NCBI GenBank assembly: GCA_043812915.1
Contig: JBDRLQ010000003.1
Span: 192,102 to 256,101, forward strand
Reading direction: 5' to 3'
Source: Candidatus Micrarchaeota archaeon
GTDB lineage: Archaea > Micrarchaeota > Micrarchaeia > Anstonellales > Bilamarchaeaceae
Length of the DNA stretch: 64,000 bases
Both the position numbers and the translations under genes were made by a program. Below, one piece after another: positions 28,142 to 37,902 of the stretch (the stretch's first letter is position 1; each line of letters begins with the position of its first letter). The notes beneath the pieces were generated by a model, which saw nothing but the letters and a program-made list of their open reading frames with translations, had not been told where the DNA came from and ran no database searches.

Positions 28142-31100
28142 ATGAGAGTCATCGTCGTAGCACTTCTGCTCCTTCTGCTTGCAGATTTTGGTTTTTCCCT
28201 AACGAATATCGCTGGATGCCAGCTTGTCAACTCACCTGATTACTACCAGTTCACGGGCAACCTTGTGGATGCCAATGTCACCGCATCCGAGGTCTGGAAC
28301 ATTGACTGGGCGTGCATCAAGGTGGCCTCATCCGATGTCGTTATCGACTGCAACGGCTTTGATATGAATTTCAACGGCATGACTCCAAACAACGGCTCCA
28401 ACATGACTGCGGGAATCGTCATCAACGCCTCCGAGTTCCAGGACTACACCAATGTCACAATCAAGAACTGCCCCAACATCGTCGGCTACGTATACTCGGT
28501 CTATTTGCACAAGAACAATTATGCCAACGTAAGCAACGTGACCAGCTTCAACGGCAACGTCACTCTTCTGGTGTACAACAGCTCCCACAACCACATCTCC
28601 GATGTCATCGGCTACGGCCTCAACAACTATGGTTTTGCCTTCAATTCCCCTTCGAGGAACAACACAGTCAACAACACGATGTCCATAAACGCCAGCGAGG
28701 CGGGTTATTATTTCGGTGCAACGCAGACGTTCCTGACCAATGCCTCGGCGAATAACGGCAACTGGGCATTCTGGCTGTACTGGGGAGCCAATGTCTCGGC
28801 AAGGGATGTGCATCTTTTCAACAACAGCGTCGACTTCTACGCCTATTCATTCTCAGGCCAGGACATCAATTACACGATCACGAATATGACCTTCGACAAC
28901 CCGTTCGGGGACATGCGCAATTACACCAGCCTTGATATAACCGATACGATGGTCGGCGAGGCATACATCATCAACTGGACCAACTGGTCCTCCTCGGACC
29001 CGACAGGGTATCTCTCATTCGAGGACAAGTTCGTCGACATCCGCAATTATACCGCAACCGCGATCGATTCCATCGCATGGAGATGGTCCGACTCTGAATT
29101 GGGCGGGTATAACGAGAATCTGTTTGGGCTATGGAGGAACAACGGGAGCTGGACGGATTTGGGAGCCACGCTTGATGCTGGTGCCAACACACTCTCCCTC
29201 ACGAACATGGTCCCCGGAAGTATTTATGGGATAATGCAGTTCAATACAACCCTGACAGACTGCGCCCTCATAGATGACTCTGGGACTTACGCTCTTGCCA
29301 ATGACGTATCAGGTGCGCCTATTGAAGCCGACGAGCCATTTGGCATCAACTGGACATGCATCAAGATTGCTGCGCCAGACGTCGTTTTCGACTGCGCGGG
29401 ATTCACCATTGCCAATGATGGCACTGCGGATGCGACCGGAATCATCATTAATGGTTCAACGACTTTTGATTATCTGAATGTTACAATCCAGAACTGCCTT
29501 GGGGTCAACAGTTATGAGACTGGCATCATGATTTACCGATCATACAATGCGACCCTTACGAATTCCTCAGCGTTTAATAACACTGATACCGGTATCTATA
29601 TCGACCGCACTGCCAATGCCACAATCTCCGGCAATGTCGGGTACAACAACACTGACATGGGAATGTATGTCCGGTGTGACTACTGCGAAGTGAGCAACAA
29701 CATCGCTTACCTCAACGACCGGCTAAGGGGTTTCCAGATTCGTGGAAGCTTTGCCAATTTCATCAATAATACTGCCTATGACAATGATGGGGATGGCTTC
29801 TTCGGCACTTATGTCCAAGACAGCAATTTCACTTTCAACAGGGCTTGGAACAACTCGGATTACGGAGTTTACCTCAATGACTGTAACCGGAACAATGCCA
29901 GCGGCAACGAAATCTTCAACAGCACAAACAACGGGATGCACTGGTACTATGGACAGTACAACAACATCAGCAACAATACCTTCTACAACAACTTCGCCTC
30001 CGGATTCTACTTCGAGGGGATGGATGCCGACAACAACTTTTTCGAGAATGTGGCGTACAACAACTCCGATCATGGATTCTTCATAGATAGCTCAGAAAAC
30101 ATCTATCTTCTGAATAATTCTGCATTTGACAATACACTTAGCGGATTTTACTCGGAGTCTTCCCAGTATGATGAGCTGGAAGATAACCTGGCTTTCAACA
30201 ACGGTGAGTGCGGCTTTGACTGGTACAGCACTGATGATGATAACTTCACGATGAACAAGGCCTATGGCAATGGAGCGTATGGGATTGTACTGAACCGCTC
30301 CACCAACGTCAACGTCTCACACATTCACCTTTTCAATAATACTTTGGGCGCACTCTACGCGCGCGCGACTGCGGCAACCGAGGATATCCTGCTCATAAAC
30401 GTCACAGTTGACAATCCATTTGGCACAATGGTGAACTACACAAGCCTGGACATCACAGATACTATTAATGTGAATACTGCATTCCTTGTCAAATGGGCAT
30501 CGCTTCCCGCAGCCCTTCCGGCAACTGCGAGGTCCCTTGCGCAGAAATGGGTGAACATAACCAATGCGGAGGGCGTAACCTCCATAGACACAATCGTGTG
30601 GAACTGGCTGAACTCAGAATCTGCAGGCTTTGATGAGACTCTCTTCGAGATATGGAAACACGACGGCTCGACATACACGGATGCGGGCGCTACGCTCAAT
30701 ACCGGCGCGAACACGCTCACGCTTAATAACTTCAACCCGGCAAGCGACTTCGGAATCGTGGAGAACAACATCTCCGAGTGTGAGATAATTTCGTCCCCTG
30801 GAGATTACAGGCTCAACAACAACCTCACAGGGGCACCGATTTCAGCGGCTCCCCAGGGCGGGACCGCGTGCATCAAGATAACTTCATCAAACGTTCTCTT
30901 CGACTGCAACGGATACAATATCACGAACAACGGCACTGGCGGAACAACAAGGGCAATAATCGCGCTTTCGGGCCTGACAAACGTCTCTGTGAGGAACTGC
31001 CCGCGCCTGGCCGACTACAGCTATGGGCTCGAGTACTACAATACCGACAATGGCTTCATTGACAATGTCAGCGCTTTCAACAATGTGTATGGATTCCACA

Positions 31101-32716
31101 TATGGACAAACTCGGACAACAATACGATTACCAGGAGCGTTGCCAGCGGCTCAAGCACTCATGGATTCTGGATTAGGACAAATGCGATTCTCAACAACCT
31201 CACGAACAACACCGCCGAATACTCCGGCAGCAACGGAATCTATGTCTCGAGCAGCGGGAATACTACTTTGAAGGACAATATCGCATACGGAAACAACCAC
31301 GGAATCGACCTGCTCTCGAGCAGGGGGTGCAACTTCACGAACAATACCGTGTATAACAACTCCTACGGCCTTTACTTATGGACAGGCGCCTATTCGCTTT
31401 CCTTCTATAACATAATCTCTGGCAACATCGCTTACAACAACTCATGGACCGGGATATTCATATACACCAACCGCAACAACATATCGAACAACCTCGCATA
31501 TGAGAATGGCAGATATGGGTATGAGCTGGGGCTCAGCTTCCACAACATGGACAACAACATCGCTTACGGAAACGGCATAGACGGCTTCTACCTAAATTTC
31601 GCAGATGAAAACAACCTCACTAACAACAGCGCTTACAGCAACCTGCAGTATGGAATGCACATGAGGAGCGCGGAGGACAATCTCCTCTACGACACAACGC
31701 TCTACAACAACAGTGCTGACCTCTATGTTGAAAACACCCTTGGAACTACCTACGGCTTAAGCATGTCGAGGACCTTGTTCCTCAATCCTGCAGGCACTCT
31801 CGTCAACTACACCAACATGAGCATGAATGACACTGTGGATGCAACTGCGGAGTACTCAATCAGCTGGACAAGCCAGCCAGCGGCATTCCTGACAGACTAC
31901 TGGTCCTTCAGGGGCAAGTTCGCTGACATAACTGATGTCGCTGGCGGACTGTCATTGGATACTGTCACATGGCACTGGCTGGATTCCGAGCTTACCGGGT
32001 ACAATGAGAGCGTCTTCGGGCTCTGGGAGTACAACGCTTCCGGCTGGGCGCTTCTGAATGACACGCCCGATACTGCAGGAAACAGCCTGATGGCGCTTGG
32101 CCTCAACCCTGCAAGCCAGTATGGCATCCTTCAGCTCAACGACACCAACGCTCCCCAGATTGCGCTTAACGGGCCTGCCGATGGCCTTCTGACAAATGCC
32201 ACCAGCATAAACTTCAATTTCACCGCCATTGATGATCACGCGACCGCGATGAACTGCAGCCTGCTGCTCAACGGCACGTATAACACAAGCGTACTTGCCC
32301 CCAATAATACGCTGACCAACATTCTTGCGTCAGTCGGCGAGGGAAGCTGGAACTGGAGCATAAACTGCAGAGACGCGGCCAACAACTCCAACACTTCGGT
32401 GGGGAGGAACTTAACTGTGGACCTTACGCCGCCAACCCTGGTGCTGGGGGCCCCGGAGAACATCACATACAATGTCACCAATGTAATCCCAATCAACCTG
32501 ACGGTCTCCGCAGATGCGGTCGCCTGCTGGTATGATGCCGGCGCAGGACAGGTCGCGATTCCCGGCTGCCTGAACATGACAGTGGTGCTCGCAAACGGCT
32601 TCTACAACATGTCTGTCGGGGCGAGCGACACTGCCGGGAATACGAACTTCGCCAACGCAACATTCACTGTTGATGTTCCTGCGCCCCCCACCACCTCCCT
32701 CCGGAGGAGGCTCTAA
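28142..32716 (+). CDS. Paralogous surface protein, secreted passenger part (three beta-helix modules + Ig-like), ends at frameshift
   Basis: Signal MRVIVVALLLLL after TTTATAAA (28112-28119); same architecture as 23470 gene; reading goes out of frame at C6 32684-32689. Confidence 0.9.
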   Translation: MRVIVVALLLLLLADFGFSLTNIAGCQLVNSPDYYQFTGNLVDANVTASEVWNIDWACIKVASSDVVIDCNGFDMNFNGMTPNNGSNMTAGIVINASEFQDYTNVTIKNCPNIVGYVYSVYLHKNNYANVSNVTSFNGNVTLLVYNSSHNHISDVIGYGLNNYGFAFNSPSRNNTVNNTMSINASEAGYYFGATQTFLTNASANNGNWAFWLYWGANVSARDVHLFNNSVDFYAYSFSGQDINYTITNMTFDNPFGDMRNYTSLDITDTMVGEAYIINWTNWSSSDPTGYLSFEDKFVDIRNYTATAIDSIAWRWSDSELGGYNENLFGLWRNNGSWTDLGATLDAGANTLSLTNMVPGSIYGIMQFNTTLTDCALIDDSGTYALANDVSGAPIEADEPFGINWTCIKIAAPDVVFDCAGFTIANDGTADATGIIINGSTTFDYLNVTIQNCLGVNSYETGIMIYRSYNATLTNSSAFNNTDTGIYIDRTANATISGNVGYNNTDMGMYVRCDYCEVSNNIAYLNDRLRGFQIRGSFANFINNTAYDNDGDGFFGTYVQDSNFTFNRAWNNSDYGVYLNDCNRNNASGNEIFNSTNNGMHWYYGQYNNISNNTFYNNFASGFYFEGMDADNNFFENVAYNNSDHGFFIDSSENIYLLNNSAFDNTLSGFYSESSQYDELEDNLAFNNGECGFDWYSTDDDNFTMNKAYGNGAYGIVLNRSTNVNVSHIHLFNNTLGALYARATAATEDILLINVTVDNPFGTMVNYTSLDITDTINVNTAFLVKWASLPAALPATARSLAQKWVNITNAEGVTSIDTIVWNWLNSESAGFDETLFEIWKHDGSTYTDAGATLNTGANTLTLNNFNPASDFGIVENNISECEIISSPGDYRLNNNLTGAPISAAPQGGTACIKITSSNVLFDCNGYNITNNGTGGTTRAIIALSGLTNVSVRNCPRLADYSYGLEYYNTDNGFIDNVSAFNNVYGFHIWTNSDNNTITRSVASGSSTHGFWIRTNAILNNLTNNTAEYSGSNGIYVSSSGNTTLKDNIAYGNNHGIDLLSSRGCNFTNNTVYNNSYGLYLWTGAYSLSFYNIISGNIAYNNSWTGIFIYTNRNNISNNLAYENGRYGYELGLSFHNMDNNIAYGNGIDGFYLNFADENNLTNNSAYSNLQYGMHMRSAEDNLLYDTTLYNNSADLYVENTLGTTYGLSMSRTLFLNPAGTLVNYTNMSMNDTVDATAEYSISWTSQPAAFLTDYWSFRGKFADITDVAGGLSLDTVTWHWLDSELTGYNESVFGLWEYNASGWALLNDTPDTAGNSLMALGLNPASQYGILQLNDTNAPQIALNGPADGLLTNATSINFNFTAIDDHATAMNCSLLLNGTYNTSVLAPNNTLTNILASVGEGSWNWSINCRDAANNSNTSVGRNLTVDLTPPTLVLGAPENITYNVTNVIPINLTVSADAVACWYDAGAGQVAIPGCLNMTVVLANGFYNMSVGASDTAGNTNFANATFTVDVPAPPTTSLRRRL

Positions 32717-33788
32717 CGAAGAGAGGCCAAGAGGCTCTGTCGGAACAGAAGTATCAGATGAGGGCGAGCTGACAGTAACCGTCACCTATGGGGGCGATGG
32801 CATCGAAGGCGCGACGGTGGAGCTCTACATGTATGTGCCCACATTCGGCTTCGTAGGGGATGAGGGCACGGACAGTGATGGGGAAGCGATATTCGACCTG
32901 CCAGGTCCTGGAACCTACAGGATCTATGTTTATGATGGCAGATACAGCTTCAATAACCCGTACCAGGCAATCTATGAGCTTGTTCTGGAATGCGTCAGCG
33001 ATGAGGGCTGCGCAAACAATGAGACCTGCTCAGGCAATTCCTGCGTGGCGGTCATTCCCGGCGCCTGCGGTTATGTCGCGAATCATACCTTTGTGGAATA
33101 TGAGTGCTGCCAGGACAACGATTGCGACGATGGCTATATATGCACCGAGCACGCCTGCGTCCCGATACCCGAGTCCGACCTGGGCGAGCCATGCGATGAG
33201 AATGGCGACTGCGCGAGCACCGAATACTGTGACTCAGGAAGCTGCAGGCCCGTCCCAAGAGGGGCATGCGGCTATGTATCCGACCACGCCTGGTTCGACT
33301 ATGAGTGCTGCGAGGACGGCGACTGCACCGAGGGCTTCGTCTGCCGCGAGAATATCTGCATCCTGCAAGAAGAGTTCACCATAGAGACTGACGAGCAGGG
33401 ATTCGTAGGTGACGACCACACGATAAGGGTGTACAGGAACGGCGAGCCCTTCAGTGGCACCGTGGTAATAATCACCCCTGACGGCCAGGAGTATGAGCGC
33501 GCTGCTGAGGGCGATGGCCGCGTGGTGCTTCCGCTCGAAGTAGAAGGAGAATACGAGGTGCGGCTTCTCTTCGAGAATGCCGTTGTTGACAGCGCCGAGG
33601 TAGGATCTCTCAGCAAGCCCTCCGTGCAGCAGGATTACCTGCCATTCGCGTTCCTAGGCGAGCTGGAGACCGTATGCCCTGTGGCGATAATCCTGCTTGC
33701 GGTGATTGCCCTCTTCTACATACTCTACAAGAGGAGGAAAGGCGAGGCCTTCGTTTCCGTTGCAGCAAAAAAGAAAAAGCCCAACTAG
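32684..33788 (+). CDS. Out-of-frame C-terminal part of the 28142 gene (Ig-like, Cys-rich repeats, TM anchor)
   Basis: PPPPSGGGSNEERPRGSVGTEVS... is colinear with TPPSGGGGSEEKSKGSVGTDVS... of the first paralogue; no signal peptide of its own. Confidence 0.85.
33684..33746 (+). repeat. 63-bp direct repeat copy 2
   Basis: 62/63 identical to 27964-28026. Confidence 0.85.
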
Positions 33789-33842
33789 GCGTTTTCGAGC
33801 AGTTTTAATTTTCTTCTTTTCTTTATTTTTTTAAGTGATTCT

Positions 33843-34781
33843 ATGAACAAAACGATTTTCATTATTTTTATTGTCTTTTTCTCTGGTCTCTTGAGCGCAC
33901 AGCAGAATGGCCCCGGTGATGGCGCCGAGCCGTCAATGCCGCTTTCACTCTCTGCCAGCTTATTTTGCCCTGGCAATGTGATACTGGTGGATGCATCCTC
34001 TGGAGGCGCACCAGTATCAGGCGTTCGTGTTTCCCTTGAATATCCCGCCGGCGCTATCGACGTTGGAATGACTGGCGCTGATGGCGTGAGCGCGTTCACT
34101 GCGCGCGGAGCAGGAGAAATCCTGGTTGTCGGCACCTGCTGGGAGTGCAGCCGGGCTGAGGCTCTCTTGGAGGTACCTGCGCTTTGCCCTGAAGATGTGC
34201 CCGGACCGCTTTCTGACTGCGGTTTCTGGGACGACCTGGCATGGGTTGAATTTGAGTGCTGCGTATCAGAAGACTGCCCTGATGGGGCCTGCGTGGGCCA
34301 CGAGTGCATAGCTCTCGTGTTGCCAGAGCCTGAGCCAATCAGTTTCCAGGAGCCTGCCAGCCTGATATTCGACTATGACATACTGGCAAATGAAACTACG
34401 ATTATCGGAAACAGCCACCAGGGGCTCGCGCTCCGCAACGGCAATCGGTTTCCGGAGGCTACCGTTGTGATTACGGCCCCTGATGGCACTGCGTCTGAGG
34501 TGCTCTCAGGCATGGACGGGGGATTTGCGTTCCTTCCTAGCCAGGGCGGCGTTTATGAACTGGCGCTGCGTATAGATGGGGAGGCCCTTCCTCTAAAAAA
34601 CGTCACCGCGCTCGTTCCGAGTGGAGGCTCAAATGACGGAACGAGCATGTTCAGGTGGTTTCCCTCCGAGTTTATGGCGGTGGCCTTCCTTTTCCTGCTT
34701 CTGGCAGCTCTTGCCGCGTTTTTCTACAGCAGGCGCGCCAGGGGTGGCTTTGAACCTTCTGGAAAAGAAAAGAAAGAGTAA
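33843..34781 (+). CDS. Short membrane-anchored surface protein sharing the Cys-rich/Ig-like C-terminal module
   Basis: Signal peptide; CGFWDDLAWVEFECCVSEDC; VVITAPDG...GVYEL; TM followed by RRAR. Confidence 0.85.
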   Translation: MNKTIFIIFIVFFSGLLSAQQNGPGDGAEPSMPLSLSASLFCPGNVILVDASSGGAPVSGVRVSLEYPAGAIDVGMTGADGVSAFTARGAGEILVVGTCWECSRAEALLEVPALCPEDVPGPLSDCGFWDDLAWVEFECCVSEDCPDGACVGHECIALVLPEPEPISFQEPASLIFDYDILANETTIIGNSHQGLALRNGNRFPEATVVITAPDGTASEVLSGMDGGFAFLPSQGGVYELALRIDGEALPLKNVTALVPSGGSNDGTSMFRWFPSEFMAVAFLFLLLAALAAFFYSRRARGGFEPSGKEKKE

Positions 34782-34891
34782 GCCTCCGGCGAGAAATGTT
34801 CCATTACAGGTGCCATTTCTGGTATCTGTAGTGCTTGAACTCGCGGCCTCGTGCTTACCAAGCACGCGCTCTACCGCTGAGCTACAGAGGC
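34781..34891 (-). tRNA. tRNA-Thr(GGT) with 39-nt intron at position 58/59 (34796-34834)
   Basis: GCCTCTG/CGGAGGC acceptor, CGTGC-TTGGTAA-GCACG; BHB GTTC-AA^G...GAAC-AT^T restores T loop TTCAATT. Confidence 0.92.
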
Positions 34892-34960
34892 TTAAGTTAT
34901 CAGTGTTGTTTATTTGAAAAGTTTAAAAAGAATAAGCTTTCAGGTTATTCCGGTGTTATC

Positions 34961-35746
34961 ATGATTGGCGGAGATGAAGTAATCTTTTGCGGCGCTTACA
35001 AAGGTTTCAAATTGGGTGTCCGGTACGACGTATCTGGTTCCAGCGAAAAGGATGTTGCCTGCCTTTTATCGGGTCTTAGCGGGAAGCTTGAGCCGGCGGC
35101 ATACCAGTTCTCGGATATAGATACCAAGAAGATTGACGCCTTTGCCAACCCATCTGGAAAGGGGCTGGAAGCGGTATTATCCTTCCTGCAGAAGAATCCC
35201 CAGTCCGCTATCAAGAAGGAGCTGCTCTCGGCATGCCCGGACGCAAACCTTTTGCCTGCGGCGGAGAGCTTCCTGTTCAACAGGCTGCTGACTAAGGCCG
35301 GAGTGGCATTCAAGCCGCCAGGAGTCTCTTCGTTGAAGGCTGAGAGCGAGGATAGCGACGACCAGATTATGTTTGTCGGAAGGTTCGGAAAATGGATGGC
35401 GGTAAAAAAGCTTTCTCTTGAGAAGGTTGAGGACTGGGAAGTATCCGCAATCCTCAGCGGAATCAACAATACCATACTGATTAAGGCATTTGATTTCTCC
35501 GGGGCGCAGAAGAATGACAAGCTGGTTTCCGAGCTAATTGGCGGAAGGAAATCCTTCGGCAACCTGCTAGCGGCCCTTGAAAAGCTTAAAGGCAGGCTTT
35601 CGGGCAATGAGCTTGAGGATGCCTATGTTGTAAACAAGCTATTTACGGAACTGGGCTATCATCCATACGCCTCGCTGTTCATGCTTGTCAAGGCGCATCC
35701 GGATGTCAAGCCGAAAAAGCCAAAGGGCCGGGCGCCCAAGGGATAA
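34961..35746 (+). CDS. Conserved archaeal hypothetical protein (DUF2666-like, internally duplicated)
   Basis: Two similar units DEVIFCGAYKGF..DVACLLSGLS / DQIMFVGRFGKW..EVSAILSGIN; family name from memory only. Confidence 0.6.
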   Translation: MIGGDEVIFCGAYKGFKLGVRYDVSGSSEKDVACLLSGLSGKLEPAAYQFSDIDTKKIDAFANPSGKGLEAVLSFLQKNPQSAIKKELLSACPDANLLPAAESFLFNRLLTKAGVAFKPPGVSSLKAESEDSDDQIMFVGRFGKWMAVKKLSLEKVEDWEVSAILSGINNTILIKAFDFSGAQKNDKLVSELIGGRKSFGNLLAALEKLKGRLSGNELEDAYVVNKLFTELGYHPYASLFMLVKAHPDVKPKKPKGRAPKG

Positions 35747-35756
35747 AGGTGTTTTT

Positions 35757-36665
35757 ATGGGAAGAGGAGTAGGATACGGAAAAGTGATTCTTTTCGGGGA
35801 GCATTTCGTGGTCCATGGGGCACCTGCACTGGCAGTCGGCCTTGACAAGACCTCCATCGTGGAAGTCATGGAAGCGCGGGAGAATGATATAGTGACAGAG
35901 CACACGGTGGTCCCTGAAATAAGCCGCAAGGGCATCCAGGGCGTGCTGGACAGCATGGGCATTAAGAAGAAGTACCAGGTCTATCTGGGTGGCGATTTGC
36001 CCACCTATGGCGGCCTTGGCTCCTCAGCCGCGTTCTGCGTCGGCCTTGTGCGGGCCCTTTCAGAGGAGACTGGCCGGGGCCTCAATGATGAAGATGTGAA
36101 TAAGCACGCCTATGATGGCGAGATGGCCTTCCACGGGAACCCTTCGGGCATTGACAACCTGGTGGCGACCTACCGGGGCGCAATCCTCTTCCGCAGGGGC
36201 AGCGGGGGCAAGGAGAACGAGTTCGAGTTCCTGAATACTGGAGTCCCCCTGCACCTGGTGGTATCATTCACAGGGAAGTTCAGCAACACCGTGAAGATGG
36301 TGGATGCGGTGAAATCCTTCAAGGAGCAGGACGAGGATGAATTCGCCCAGCTCATGGACGAATACACCGACCTTGCGGCAGAAGGCCGGAAGGCTCTTGA
36401 AAAGGGCAAATTGGATGTCCTTGGCAACCTGATGAACCAGAACCAGTCCCTGCTATCAGAGCTTGGAGTCTCAACCGAGGAGAATGACCGCATATGCGAG
36501 CTTGCCCTCAATGCGGGAGCTTTGGGCGCGAAACTCACAGGAGGCGGAGGTGGAGGATGCTGCATCGCTCTTGCCAGGGACGAGGCCGCGGCTCTTGGAA
36601 TAAGAATGGCCCTGGAGAAAGAGGGCTTCAAATCATTCTATTCGAGGGTGGAAAAGCGTGCCTAA
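35757..36665 (+). CDS. mvk: Mevalonate kinase
   Basis: GKVILFGEHFVVHG, P..GGLGSSAA, HGNPSGID, GAKLTGGGGGG. Confidence 0.95.
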   Translation: MGRGVGYGKVILFGEHFVVHGAPALAVGLDKTSIVEVMEARENDIVTEHTVVPEISRKGIQGVLDSMGIKKKYQVYLGGDLPTYGGLGSSAAFCVGLVRALSEETGRGLNDEDVNKHAYDGEMAFHGNPSGIDNLVATYRGAILFRRGSGGKENEFEFLNTGVPLHLVVSFTGKFSNTVKMVDAVKSFKEQDEDEFAQLMDEYTDLAAEGRKALEKGKLDVLGNLMNQNQSLLSELGVSTEENDRICELALNAGALGAKLTGGGGGGCCIALARDEAAALGIRMALEKEGFKSFYSRVEKRA

Positions 36666-37902
36666 GGAAATGATACAGGAATTCTTCAGCCATGCGTTCA
36701 ACCGCTACCTTTTCGTGGCGCTAATACTTGCAGGAATTACTGCGTTCTCATTAATGCCAGAGAATGGCGGCAACGGGGCCGATGGCTCTACAATAAGGGT
36801 CCAGTTCTTCCACATGACTGGATGCCCTCACTGCGCGGAACAGAAGGTCTTCCATGAGCAGCTGATGGAGAGATATCCTAACCTGGAATTCATATCGCAT
36901 AACATTGTGGATGAGAGCGAATTCAGATTGCTCGAGGACTATTACGAGGCTTATGAAATCGGCGGCTCCAGGCGTAGCGTCCCCCTGACTTTCATCGGGA
37001 ATAATTACGTTCTAGGATTCAATTCTGCAGAAACCACCGGAGAGATAATCCGCGGGCATATAGAGGCCTGCGTGGATGAAGGCTGCCCGGACCCGCAGGA
37101 TATCCTTGAGGGCAGGGTGGAGGCCGCCAGCGGAGTGCAGGAGATGGCCGATGAGGAATTCATGATCTCCCTGCCAATAATCGGCACAATTGACCTGGCA
37201 GGCTTTTCGCTGCCGGTCCTTGCAATGCTCCTTGGCCTGATTGACGGATTCAATCCCTGCGCCATGTGGGTGCTGGTCTACATGATTGCGCTTCTTCTGG
37301 AGCTTAAGGACCCGAGGCGGATGTGGCTCATCGTAGGAATTTTCCTGGCTTCCTCAGGCATACTGTACTTCCTGTTCATGACTGCCTGGCTGAACGTTTT
37401 CCTGTTCCTTGGCTATATAAGGATTATCACTGTAATTGTGGGCTGCGCGGCCCTGGGCTTTGGAATCCTGAACCTCAAGGAGTACCATGACACGAAAGGC
37501 GCGCTGGTTTGCAAGGTGGGCGACGCCAACGAGAAGCAGAAGACCGCTGAGAGCATGAAGAAGGTGGTAAACGCGGAACTGACCGTTTTCACAATCGGCA
37601 GCATCATCGCGCTCGCCTTCGCGGTCAATTCGATAGAATTCGTCTGTTCAGCTGCCCTTCCTGCGGTATTCACACAGGTATTGTCCCTTGCTGAACTCTC
37701 CGCGATAGAATATTACGGTTACATCCTGCTCTACGTGCTCTTCTTCATGCTCGATGACATAATTATATTCAGCCTGGCTGCCATGACCGTGAGCAAGCTC
37801 TCGACGGGGGAGAAATATGTGGGGATTAGCAAGATTCTCGGCGGAGTGATTTTGGTTCTGCTGGGCCTTATGATGCTCTTCTTCCCGGACCTTCTGCGCT
37901 AG
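36658..37902 (+). CDS. Thioredoxin/glutaredoxin domain fused to DsbD/CcdA-like membrane domain
   Basis: CPHC; DGFNPCAMWVL and EFVCSAALP TM cysteines; multiple TMs. Confidence 0.88.
   Translation: MPKEMIQEFFSHAFNRYLFVALILAGITAFSLMPENGGNGADGSTIRVQFFHMTGCPHCAEQKVFHEQLMERYPNLEFISHNIVDESEFRLLEDYYEAYEIGGSRRSVPLTFIGNNYVLGFNSAETTGEIIRGHIEACVDEGCPDPQDILEGRVEAASGVQEMADEEFMISLPIIGTIDLAGFSLPVLAMLLGLIDGFNPCAMWVLVYMIALLLELKDPRRMWLIVGIFLASSGILYFLFMTAWLNVFLFLGYIRIITVIVGCAALGFGILNLKEYHDTKGALVCKVGDANEKQKTAESMKKVVNAELTVFTIGSIIALAFAVNSIEFVCSAALPAVFTQVLSLAELSAIEYYGYILLYVLFFMLDDIIIFSLAAMTVSKLSTGEKYVGISKILGGVILVLLGLMMLFFPDLLR

Noticed and set aside
32670..33788. Independent 372-aa gene starting MMFLRPPPP
   Set aside because: No signal peptide or SD; colinear with the C-terminus of paralogue 1, so it is the frameshifted tail.
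23470..33788. Diversity-generating retroelement acting on the AAC-rich surface genes
   Set aside because: No reverse transcriptase and no template/variable repeat pair with adenine-specific mismatches; AAC richness reflects Asn ladders of beta-helices.
34835..34960. N-terminal extension of the 303-aa ORF, and likewise ORFs 9141-9428, 11941-12198 and 51416-51679
   Set aside because: They overlap tRNA genes and are spurious translations.
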